A DNA stretch of 64,000 bases from NCBI GenBank assembly GCA_965645245.1, contig OZ287076.1, positions 992,001-1,056,000 on the forward strand. Direction: 5' to 3'. A program made the translations under genes and the position numbers. The notes under the pieces are model-generated. The model was not told the DNA's origin. It made no database searches and saw nothing but the letters and a program-made list of their open reading frames with translations. The DNA comes from Massalongia carnosa (Eukaryota). This document shows, piece by piece, positions 47,572 through 59,977 of this stretch. Numbering within the stretch: position 1 is the stretch's first letter; every line of letters begins with the position of its first letter.

Positions 47572-50500
47572 TTAATCAAACATCTATTTCGGCGATAAAT
47601 GCCATGGAGAGCAAAGGGCGTGGCAGCCAATGGGTTAAATGGTACTCTGTGTTATTGCTGACAGCTTGACAGTCCCGGCACTACGGCTAATGTTATGAGT
47701 TCGTTAATTCCACACAAGGTTAGATACTTAGTAACTTCAACATCCTTATTTCGGGCCGAGGAACATAACAAGATATAATATTACTCTTAGAAAGTGCTTA
47801 ACAGACCGAAACTGCAAACTCTCAACTTGATTTATCAATGAATACGTGTGACAATCATGGTTTCGGATGCCAGGCTTTGCCGCCAGAATGCTTCTCCATC
47901 CATCAGCAGAACGCTTGGTCTGCCTTATGATTAACAACAAGCTTGAAGATATACATGACGTCTCAAGCCAACGTATCTTCCAGGTTAGGAAACCCCGGCA
48001 AGATGGCCTTTCAACGTTTGCAGCTAACTCAGTGACGTAAATCGATGAGCAATGGCCATTAAGGTTAGATCCAGTGTTGATACAATAATTCCAGTAAGAA
48101 GATGCCGCTGCTGACGGATGACAGACAATTAGCTTTCCGCGTAGGCTAATGCTGATGCTGTTCTTGATAGAAACTAGAGATATGTTAACATTCTGTTGCA
48201 CTCTACATTGCTTTCAAGTTTCGCGGGGCGAAAGCTTTGCCTTGTGAGCCTCGTCTATCGCTACAACTCGGCCGGTGTCACTGCGGCTTTCCAAGAAGAA
48301 AGCAAAAGATATGTTGAACATTGCGCAGGTGGCACCGTCGTCCACAAACGAGCAATAGAGATCAGCAATGGTTAAGCATCCTAGCACAGATTACCAAATA
48401 TGTCGATTCTCTGCATGAATTTTACGTCTCTTGGCCTTCATTTCGCCCCTTCTCTTTTTTCTGCTCTTGTCAAGCTTTGAACTAGGAAAATGTGGCTTCG
48501 GTTTTAGTAGTCTCATAAGACTTTCAAGAAGGTTCAGTCTGATATTAAGCGAGGCATTCTACCATCCACCCAAAATTCCCTCGCAAGCCCTTCTTGAATG
48601 TGGCATAGTTTAGTCTAGATGATCCTCGGTTCTGTGTAGCTCTATCGCAAAACTCGATAGGTGACCTAAGTAGGAGTTAGCTCAAACCTATTTTTATTTG
48701 TTCATGGGCTTCTATACTGTTGTGGCCGTGCCTTACTTTCATATAAAGTGGCATCGCTGTGTCATTACTATCTACTACTATAAGCTTCATCGTTCGTTTA
48801 ATATTCAACTTGGTCTCTTTCAGTTACAAAGGCATTTCGATAGGCTTCTTACGCCTCCTAGGAGTCCAGGAAGAGTTGTATAAGCCTCCCTCACGCGCCA
48901 TATGTTGTTTAGCGATACCAGAAACCCATACGGGCACTCTAGCGGAGCATGGATGCGTAGCCTTACATATCTGGCTACTTGAGGTAGCAGAAACCCGTTC
49001 ATAATGGAAAACATTTTCTGTTAATGATCTAGGAAGCATCCCAACCTTGTAGGGTATCAAGGCGGCCTCTAGCATGCAAGAGACCGTGTGGCTTTTCCGC
49101 TTCTTCTAGATCCGCAAACAAAGCCAGACCATTTGCATTGACATTTAGAAATAGTCTTTTGCTTTCATCGGCACCTTCTACTTGTTCTGATAGCGAAATA
49201 ACCTCATCGTCATCCGTTCTGCTGGCATTATGGTTTTTTAGGCGCTTAGCTAGCAACCCATACTGTGGGAAGACCTAATTTTTAAAATGCACTCTATTAG
49301 TACGCTGCGGCGGCGGCGGATAATAGCTACGAAGTTTTGTACTCCTTCAGACCTACATTGTGTATCTGATCCTTTTCGCTTGCATCAGACAACAAGCTCC
49401 TGTGGTAGCAAGACTCACCATTCCAAGAAGCGCCGCCTAATTCGTCTTGATGAGACCTATTATCACAAACGCTATATCGTTCGATTGCTTCCGAAATTTA
49501 GAAAGGGTAATTTTCCTACTTCTTTTTAAGGCCTTGAACTAGCAAAGGCAAGATAGAGTGCAAGATTTAGTTTTTCGGTACTGTCAACGATGATTTCCAC
49601 GGAACCATAGATTCGTCTCCGCTGGATGCGTTGAACCCCTTTAATGAGCCGATATGTTTATCTCTATGAAAGCTATTTAGATCTGCTTTAAATGAGGTCT
49701 GAGGACGTCAGAATGGGCATTCATTTAGGGTAAATTTAATTCCTCATGTTTCACTTCCCCTAGAAACCCTCTTTTGTTAGCAATGGTCTTAACTATAAAT
49801 TACAAAGGTAAAAAGACAACTTATTTGGTGTTGATTATCTGTGATGCTCCATGATTTTCTGACTATTTGCTACACTTTCTTAGTTTACGGCGGTACTCTA
49901 CTCAAACACAAGCTTCTGAAGGAGCTAAGGGTGGTTATAAGGTAATCTTTGACATTTATTGATCTTTCACAGGTTAATCCTTGCGTAATGGGCCTTTATA
50001 TGCAGGTCTTCGCTGTCGGTTACAAAACATTAGGTTGCACAAATTGCGAAGCAAACGGCAAGTCAAAAGTTTTGATTTAAAAGCTGTTAAATCGCCCGTC
50101 GTTTCTATTAAAGCTGCAGATGATTTGATCTCTTGATGTATGAACGATAAGTGGACATAGGAAGATTTTTTGGAGACTATATAGAGGTGGATGCAACGGC
50201 AACAAGGAGATGTTTTGCAGAGACTATATAGTCTTCGAGAACATCAATACATGACCTTTACATTCATCTCCATAGGATCTTTACAAACACCATTTTAGGC
50301 CTTTTCATACATCTTTACATGATCTTTGCAAAAACTCTCATAGGGTCTTGATATGAACTCCTATTCATCAAAGATATTAAGATTAAATTATATATTGCTT
50401 TGTTGACCACAAGTATCATGTATACTCATTTAGACCAACTAGACTACGACCCCCAGAGGAAGTCCTAAGCCCGATTCTTCCACTAGTAGTCGCAAGCACC

Positions 50501-50588
50501 TCAATCGCTTCGCCCGACAAAGTGTGTATGCATAATTGTAACTTATCATCGTTGCCGATCGCCGTCGCTTGATCGTTAATAGAATCTA

Positions 50589-52954
50589 CCGTATTATCTG
50601 GCAAATAAGACCCTGCTTTGGGTAAGACCCTCCCGGATATAAGACCCCGTTCAAATTGCTTATTTCCGAACATGGGGGGGTCCTGCACTATAAGACCATA
50701 ATTTCGAGATTTTGGGATGACAAATCATCAACAGGGCAATTTTGTGCAAAACAGTAGTAAAAATTCTCTAAGCATCAGTAAAAATCCCCTGCAAATCAAT
50801 CGTCATCAACATCCATCTCAGTATCGCTATTCAAAACGGCCCCAGATTCATCACTCAAAACATACTCCCTAACCTCAATGACGCCTTCAGTTTCGTCATC
50901 CTTCTGCACCTCCTCGCTATTATCAGTTGTATCAGGCTCCTCTACCTCTTGTATATCCTCCTGACCGGTAGAAAGCTTCCAATCGCCTACCGTTATGCCT
51001 GGTATGTCTTTAACTGACAACTCATCATCCTCCGACCCGTCTACAGCAAGAGACAATCCCAACTTTCGAAAGGTTTGACAAATCAAAGAAGAATGCTCCA
51101 TGTGCATTTCCCTCCACGCTTGTCCCAGCCATTTTGTTAGCATAATTCGTCGATCACCCACCGTGTATGAGCCTTTATTCCATTTCTCGAAGTGCTCATC
51201 GTAATGAATATCGGCTAGCTCCGATATTCGATTCTTCAAAGGTTTATTAATGGCGACGTCTAGAACTTGAATAAACCCGGTGCAGCCGGAAGGAATAAAT
51301 GATGCTGTGACGTTTAAATCTTTAAAGGCTTGTTTAACCTAAAATATGTTAGCAAACATGAGCAGCTTGAAAACAAAATGCTCAGTTATTTACCTCTTCG
51401 GTTTTTTGTCCCGCAAACACATCTAATGATAGAAAACGCCGTGTATTAGCGTTATGAAGTCCCAGAGTAGCGTATTTATACTGCTGTTTTAGCCATCGAC
51501 ACATGACTTTTCCATTGCAGTAGGCCTTTGGATCCCATTGAACTACTACTCCCGAGTCGTACTGCGTCATCTCCTTCTTGATTCGACTGCATTTTGTGCT
51601 ATCTTGGCCTTTAAATATGAGAAGAGGTTTGCATCGATTAATGCCGTCAGCAGAAACATAAATCATCAAAGTGGCTTGTCTTTTGTCCCATCCAGACCGA
51701 TGGGTTTTAATCCATACAGTTTTGGCACCTTTAAAATCGTAGCATTGACCTTGCAGGAACTCGTAAGCAATAGGAGTCTGATCCATATTGCCGATATCGC
51801 AAAGACGAAATCTTCCTCCTCCATGCAAAGGAATTTGACCCAAAAGCGGTTGAGAATTGCGACGATTAAATTGTAACCACAACTGGATAATATCGCGAAA
51901 GTTCTCGGGAATCTGATATGAACCGAACGCCGTTATTTCAATATCATCAAAAAAATTAACATTTGATTATTCACCTGCTGAGCTTTTTTGGTAGGATTTC
52001 TGACAGCTATACCACACCTTCGTCTGAATCCACGAAACCAACCATTAGAGAATTTGAACTCGGCATACTCAGTCATTCTTCCGGATGCCTTAGTCACTCG
52101 ATGAGGATATAATTGACCATACACCTGACGACCCTGACGAACAAACCAACGTTTATTGATTTTACGTCCAGAGTTACGGGCTTCCATGAATAACTCCAAA
52201 AGTCGCCTTTCAAGCTCAGGCTCTTTACATACACCCATAGCTTTGCTATCTTTTCGTTTACCTTTAGGTTGAGCGGCGATACTCGAACTACTTTCAATCC
52301 ACTTTCTAAGCATCGTGGTAGTAATTCCAAGATTGTTGGCTGCAGTATATTTACTGATAAGCTTCATACTTCCATCCTTCTGAGACTTCTAGGTAGTTTG
52401 AGTTTAGCTAATAGTAGCTAGTTTCTGCTCTCTGGTATAGGATACTCGATGTCGAGGAGCATCATATTCGTCGTCAGAAATATCGCGAAGTGTAGGATGA
52501 TCGGCCACCTCTCGATGCAGACGAAATTGTTTAATGATAGAAGCATTATCATTGGAACAACCGGGCATGCTAGGAATTGAAGGCTGCATAAACGCTTTCT
52601 TGGGAAGTCGGGCTGAGTGCAAGCTGCGAAGACTGGTGGACTTTGAATTAGGCCCAGGACGAGGCTGGTTTTGAGCCTGCATAGGACTCTGGACGTGCGA
52701 GGGAGCCATGAAATAAAGCAATGAAAAGATGATAAATGTGGATAAAATGATGAAGTGATACGTAACTGGGATACCTCCAACGCGGGCCAAACTTGATGCG
52801 CGTCTTCGTGTTTTTCCCCTGCTTACTAAGATCTACTCCCTCATAAGATCATACCTGTTTATAAGACCCCCCTGCTTATAAGACCCCGTTCCAAATGACC
52901 CTCGGGTTGACCACCCCCCTATAAGACTAGAGTCTTATTTGCCAGATAATACGG
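50589..52954 (-). mobile_element. pogo-family (Passer/Tc2-like ends) DNA transposon
   Basis: TA at 50587-50588 and 52955-52956. Perfect 23-bp TIR CCGTATTATCTGGCAAATAAGAC. Multiple subterminal ATAAGACC motifs at both ends. Confidence 0.95.
50796..52709 (-). pseudogene. pogo DD35D transposase with two introns and two in-frame stops
   Basis: SYTREQKL (HTH), FSNGWFRGFRRR, NMDQTP, LSLDVFAGQ and QVLDVAINKPLK. Introns 51913-51974 and 51339-51393. Stops in LATIS*TQTT*KSQ near 52390-52406. Confidence 0.87.
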
Positions 52955-54687
52955 TATATGAGCGCCTTACGGCACTGGTTTGTGTTCATGGTTAACCATA
53001 GAGCTTCCAAATTTCTTCATTCTAGCCTCCGCATTGCTACCGAGCTTGTGCATGGCTTTGCCTTCTTTCCCGACGGTCGAATCCTGTGCAGAAGGAGGCG
53101 TTGTGGAGACACGCTTTGGAGCATGATGGGTTCCTTCTTTTTCACCTCCTGAAGGAATTGAAGAGGCATGCTTAGGAGCATGGCCGCCTTATTCAGTAGT
53201 CTCGTCCACTAGGGGCACTAGGGTTGTTGAGGAGTGAGCTGTACAGAGAATTGGCACGAAACTGCATAGTCGAAACTATACGGCAGAAGGCTGACTCGTC
53301 GCATCAAACCAAAATTCTTGCGTCCTCAATACCTTGAACAATATTCCCACTTAGTAGCCTTACTAGGTTTGGCGTTTTATAGCTTTGGGTAGCTTTACAA
53401 ATTCTTACGGCAAAAAGTAATCGATCGAAAAAACGAAATCAAACACGTAAGGAGAAGATTTATTTTGGAGGTTTCAGATGAGGGACTCTAGCCTTTGTTC
53501 ATCGGATGATCTCAATTTCGAAACACAAGATATTCTTCCAGAGTAGTGTTTAAATGGTAATTATGAAATGGAGAGCTTTGTTAAGCGACTTGGAGAAAGT
53601 AAAATCGACGCCATGAATCAGGCTCTTCTTCACCAGGTTAACAGCGAAACATAGTGTCGCTTCCTCGTCCTGCTAAGCGACGACGGTAGGATCAATCATT
53701 TTTCAAGCCGAGTATCTGCCTGATGTTCGTCCAGAGCAAGCCTTGCTTATCAAGTAGACAACCCCTTTGCTTAAACCCCTCAAGAAGATTCTGAACCATC
53801 GGCAGCTTTTCAGGTCCAGCAGCAAGACTCATCTGTGTATCGTACCTAAGACTGTAGAGCCGTGGGATTTGCTGTGGATGCTGGGGTGCCGAGGTGCCGT
53901 TTGCCTTGAGGAGGAGAGAGGGGTTGGCGTGCCTATTGATTGGGGAGATATCTGTCAATGGAGTTATTGGTTGGGAAGTTTGAATATGAAGGCCGGCGGG
54001 GAGGGAGCTGTGAGAATAGGGTTGAACTTTGTGACTCGATAGTTTTGAATGTCGATAACATAAAAAACTAGATATAACAAGCTAACTAGAATCAAGCAGC
54101 TGTCGAATGTTGAATTTACTTCTTGATAAAAGTGGTAACTTGTTTGACTTATTTTCTTCCTGTCTATTCCACTTCCTATTTGGTTGTTACATTGTTCGTT
54201 TTAGGGCCTTACGTTGGTTGAGTCTACAGAATAGGTAGATCAGCAAAGCATTAATCACGTGTGGTGAATATAGGGTTTTTTTTGGAACGCCACACGCTCG
54301 CCACAAGATTTTCATCCGTGCGGCTGAAAAGAGGCGTCACATAAGTAGCAAATCAGGTCACCGGCCCCTCAAATAAGGACGAAGCTTCGTTTGAATAGGT
54401 ATTCGCCCCCTCCATCTCGTTCCATCCGAAGCTGATCGTCAGCTTGGAGCAAAAAAACCTTGTTGTAGCACTTTGCATATCCTCCACGCCCAGCTTTCTC
54501 CTCGCGCCCTTCAACCCTCTTGTCACCGCTTGAGCCCGAAAGAGCGCCAATAAGTTGGCTGAGCGGCATTTTCGCATTCGTAAACTCTCACGCACGCCAT
54601 ACGGATTATAGGGCTATCTGTGCAACAACAGCGAATAGTTACCAGGCATGGCAGCCTAATCATAGAGCAGGCTCCGCGACATGTTAA

Positions 54688-56842
54688 TGGAACAATCGTG
54701 CCTTTCCACCTTCTTCCGGGGCCGTAGGCGAACTTCAACTAATACTAAAAAGAAGCCGAGCCACGAAAGCAATCTATGGAGTCACGAAAACTTGCTTCCT
54801 TCGGAGCAATGCCTACAAACACGCGATCCTACCGATGTAGTGGATGAAAAGGGGTATAATGGAGGGCAAACCTGGTCAAGGGGGTTCAGTCACCGGCCTA
54901 GGACAGCTTCAACCAATAGCGCGACCAAATTTGACAATTTAATTGACGATATCGCCCAAAGATCTTATCCGAAATGGCATAAACCCTCCGATTCTCCAAT
55001 GACCCCCTTCAACGAAACCTGCAAAGGATCACAGTATCGGAGCCCGAGACCAGCGACAAGCTACAAGACCGAGGACAAAGCTTCCATTCATCATAGAACT
55101 TCTAATTGGCTTCGGCGCTGCGTTAGCACAACTTTACGGCATCCGCGTCGACTATCTGTCACATCTCATCATGGTCCTTCATTCCAGGTTGATTATCCTA
55201 CTTCGCCTGTACCAGGCATTGGGATTGAGCCGCCGAGAATTCCGGACGACATGATGAGTGGAGCAGCTGCGCGAGCAGCAGCAGCTACACAGAATGAGAT
55301 TTTAGAATCCGTTCGGAATCTAAGACTTGCAGAACGAAAAATATCCCGAGATTCCGAAAGTGGAATTGGGATTGAAATGCGGGATCGAGGGGACGAAAGC
55401 ATTGATGTTCCAATTCCTCGCAAAGGTAGTGTTTGTATCAGGTTGGCCTTCAAATCCTACTAAATATCGAACACAGATCCGGTACACCAACTGCCCGAAG
55501 AGCTTGTGGTTCAGATCCTTTCCTACCTCGACGCGGGTTCATTGATTGAAGCAGAGTTGGTCTCACGCAAATGGTACAGTTCAGCAAGTTCGCATCACGT
55601 ATGGAAACACATATTTCAAGCAGAATTCGGGAAAGTTCGCCGCGGCGCTCATACACCGTCTGTACAGTACCCAGTCGGCGGCCCTGGGCTTGGTAAGATA
55701 TTACCAGACCAGGACTGGAAGACAATGTGGAGGGCGAGAAAAGCACTTCATCAAAGATGGCAAGACGGTCATGCAGCCGCGATATATCTTGAAGGACACA
55801 CGGATAGCGTTTATTGTGTGCAATTTGATGAGTATGCCACACAACCCTCGGAAATCGTATGTCATTAATCATGACTAGACATAAAATCCTGACCGGCTCT
55901 CGAGATCGCACGATTCGAGTATGGGACGCCCACACATATGAGTGCATCGAGGTACTCGGAGTTCCCAGTAGAAACCCTCCCGCACCCGTAACTCCCCTTC
56001 CTGACACCACAGTTGGTCGCGGTCACCGGCCCTTTACGAAAACAATATCTCCCCAAACCACTATAGCCCCCCCCAAAATCCCACCCGCCCTTTACCATGA
56101 CGGCTCCATCCTCTGCCTTCAATACAACGATTCCGTCATGATCACCGGCTCCTCGGATTGTACCTGTATCGTCTGGGACCTCACGTCTGGCTATCACCCT
56201 ATCCGTCGTCTGCGTCACCATAACGCTGGCGTGCTGGACGTTTGCTTCGATGCCAAGTACATCGTGTCCTGCTCTAAGGACACGACGGTCTGCCTCTGGG
56301 ACCAAACGACGGGCGACTTCCTTCGTCAGCTCTCGGGCCACCGCGGCCCCGTCAACGCCGTGCAGCTCCGGGGCGATCTGGTCGTGTCCGCGAGCGGTGA
56401 CGGCGTCGCCAAGCTGTGGAACCTGACCTCGGGCCTCTGCATCAAGGAGTTCCCAAGCAAGGATCGTGGTATGGCCTGTGTCGAGTTCAGCGCCGACTCG
56501 CGCACCGTACTGGCTGGAGGCAACGATCAGGTCATCTATCAGTTCGACACCACAACGGGGGAGCTAGTGCGCGAGCTGCACGGGCATCGGGGCTTGGTGC
56601 GCTCACTGCATCTTGACAGCGTCAACGGCCGCGTTGTGAGCGGCAGTTACGACCATAGCGTCAAAGCGTACGATTTGGCCTCGGGCGAGACGCTGGTCGA
56701 TTTCTGGGGCTGGACCACTAGCTGGATCTTGAGCGCCAAGGCGGACTACAGGCGCATCGTGGCGACGAGCCAGGATAGCAGGGCCGTGGTGATGGACTTC
56801 GGGTATGGGTTGCCGGGGGTGGGGCTGTTGGAAGAGGGGTGA
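54688..56842 (+). CDS. fwd-1: F-box/WD40 protein, FWD-1/beta-TrCP/Pof11-like SCF substrate receptor
   Basis: F-box DPVHQLPEELVVQILSYLD...VSRKW, then WD repeats GHTDSVYCVQFD|HKILTGSRDRTIRVWD, GHRGPVNAVQL and GHRGLVRSL. Introns ~55426-55476 and ~55830-55878. Orthology by motif recall only. Confidence 0.85.
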
Positions 56843-58448
56843 ATTTCAGAGGGGTGATCTATGGAGTGAAATTTTTTTTTGGGAGGGTTTGAATGCTTTG
56901 AAGGAATTTTGGGGGCGACCTGTAAGGAGAAAAAAAATGGGGGGGAAAAGAATCAAGGGGTGGATCATTGTTCCGTTCATCTTCGAAGCATCCTGTTTGA
57001 AGTCTTTAACGCGGTGGTATCCTGTCTTACCATTTCCGGAGGCTCACTGTTTTCCTAATATCATAGAGCTGCATCTTGCATGTATAGGAGGCGAAAGGTG
57101 GATGGAAAAAGTTCAAACGCTTTATGTTGTGTATATACTTATCTATGTACATACACATTCCTTTCTCCGACCTCCCTCTATCCTTCTAGCAACAAGTAGT
57201 CGCGGAATGGGGAAAACTTCGGTATGCGTCCAATACTTTTCATTTCATGTTCTTTTGATCGCAAGGGGGAATTCTTCGCTAAGTATCTATCTATCGCAAC
57301 TTGAGCTCCGCGCCCTCAAGGATCCTGGGTAACGTACAGTTGCTTTTTTATCTCAGAGCACCGAGAGGATAGCCATGCTATTTCACAATCGATAGTTGAA
57401 AAGGATTTAGAAAATGAGGTTGTGTGGCTTGGACGGAGGAGATGCGACCAAAATGAAGAGGAGAGAATTGTGATAGGCTGATTCATCATCTTTGGCGACT
57501 TTTTTTTCTTCTTGGTGCTGGTGGGGGAATTGAATAAGCCAGCGCGCCAATGGGGATTGAAACTGAGTGGAAATATTGCATTCCGGAAAATGCTTATCGG
57601 TGTTCTGGTGTGGTGAAAATTTCCGAGAAAAAGTTACATGCCCATTAAAAAGTTTTTGATGTTGAAAAACCATACGCCCACGGGTCATCGAAACCTTCAA
57701 GGTAAAATGCGACTCGGATTCGCTAAGCCTAGCCAAGCCAACTTTTCGCCCTGAGAGCCCTTGGGAAAGGTTATGCTCGTTACGATAATTTGTAATATCA
57801 TTCAAAATGACTCGAAGAAAACGGCTGAAGTTCAGCCTGAATCAGTCACTGTGCAAGGCAGAAGGATCTGACTATCAAACAATCGCATCAAGCAACGGTA
57901 ATAACTAAGACGTTGGAGAATCCTCGAGGCAGTCAGCTTCAACACCGCCGCAAACTGCTCCGATTTTTCTTATTTTCCAGGTCTTCCCTTCGCCCTCGAG
58001 GACACGACTTCTGGAAGCCGCAGTAAGGGCACCGCTCATGCCAGTAAGGTTGACTGATAACGCGTAGACAGAGTAATCTCACGGTTTCGACACTCTGTGA
58101 TCGTGTTGATCCACAAATGAACGAGCCTCTTTCTGAAACCATTCTGATAAGTTTTCCTGGAAGCGGAAAGCATTGAGTGGCGTTTGGAGGGTTGAGTTAC
58201 AGGCTTGGAGCACATACGACCAAGTACCAACTGATGTTTCGCAGGCCGTTCGTGCTTACGGAGAACATTCATTCCTCCAACGAAAAGTCTCGTGATGACA
58301 TGTCATGCGTCATCACAAGTCGTTCGCGGGCTCCCCTCGGGAATAGTCACCTGATGACTCGGGGGTTATGAGAGCGGCACTTCCGCGACCTTTGACTTAC
58401 CTAGTTAGGTTAAATTACTCCATTAGATCACCCAAGATGGCGTACCAT

Positions 58449-59688
58449 GTGGCTGTGCAACAAGATTTCCGGCATTTTAAAAGGCGCAAAGTCCGGTTTG
58501 GAGCTGTTCGGAAAGGAAATCTAGATACCTCCATTCGCGCGAGGCAGCCACGTCTTTAAACATGATTATTAACTCTTAGTGAACTTAGGTAGGCCAAGGT
58601 GGCTCAGAGGGCATGATTACTGTGTGGGGGCGATTGAACCGTCATCGCAGTCAATCAATATTTCAAGCCTTGAGTGTCTTGGCCCCGAGGACCGAAGTAG
58701 AGGCTATCCCGGTATCCAAGACATCAAACACACACAGGACTTACCACCTGACCATGGAAGTGAATGGGTTCGTGCATGCGCATGTCTTTCTGGCACCGCC
58801 TGCGAGGAGGTTCAGACAACACGTCTGAGAATGCGAAATGTCTGACGGTTCTAGAGAGAGTCTGATGATTCGACTAGTTATATGATACATCATCGACAGT
58901 GGGTATGGTAAAGGGCGGTTTCCTGGTTTAAACCGTTTGGAAGGGGATCGGAGTGATAATTACCCGGTACGGAGTACTTTGTACTCTAAACCGGTATGAT
59001 GAAAAGGTTGGAGATCGGGGCGTAATGGTAGTGGATGCGGCGGAGTGGCTGACGGCAGGCTTGGTCATTGGGTGCTGGCGGTTGGGCTGCATTAAGCTGC
59101 ATTAGACTTCCCGAAGCAACCAACCAGGAGGTTAAACCAATGACAAGGCCTCGCATTGGCCACCTGCCGAGCCATTTGACTTTCCTGATCCTAATCCAGT
59201 TAGATGATTCGTTGCTGCACTTACGGAGTAACTTTGTCGTAGGTATTGCTTTTTCGTTTCGCCTCCTCTCTTTGACGCCGCTTGGTCCAGTGGCCAGCGT
59301 TTAGAGCACAGATACTCTGTACCATGTAGAAGTTATCATGCATGCCAGCTCTTTCACGTCTTGGCGTCGATAACTACAGAGTACGAAGCACCTGATTCAT
59401 GATCAAAGACTCGTCATGCCAAGTGCACTATCACTTTTGGCGTGGAATCTTGATCATTTATGAGGTCATCAATCAAGGTCGTTTAGAGGCTGCCTGCCGT
59501 GCATACTTACCGTGCCTAAGGCTATTACTTACGTAAGACTGCGGGGTTCCTCTCCTTTCCTTTCTTAGCCAAGACTTTCCGCCTCACTAGCGGCTTAGTG
59601 TCCCGCCAAACTCTTAGACTTTCCATCCAATCGGAGATCCGCTGAGAATTAAAAGTCAAAGAAAGGAGAAAAGAGCTCGAGGAGGCTG
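58449..59688 (+). promoter_or_regulatory. Candidate calcineurin-Crz1 response elements upstream of PMC1
   Basis: GTGGCTGTG 58449-58457, GTGGCTCA 58599-58606, GTGGCTG 59045-59051, GAGGCTG 59486-59492 and 59682-59688. PMC1 is an established Crz1 target, but the motifs are short. Confidence 0.4.
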
Positions 59689-59977
59689 AGCAAATTCGCC
59701 TCAACGTGCAGGGGTGGAAATCCATGTCTTATACATGTTATTTGCCTACAACGTTCTTTACCTAACCCTCCCCTTGCCTGACCTCCTGGGCGCTCCCAAC
59801 TGAACTTCGCATTGGGGCGGCACTAACACCGCTCATGCGAGCAGGCGTTCAACATCCTCAATTTTCATTAGCATCTAGCAATTACTCGTTCATCGTCTTC
59901 TGTGGAGAAGACCAAATATTGACGTTGGGGTGTGTGGAACAACGCACAGGAGATTTCTTTACTGTACATACCTCGAA

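Noticed and set aside
58212..58330. 5S rRNA suggested by ACATACGACCA
   Set aside because: The match stops after about 11 nt and no internal 5S boxes follow.
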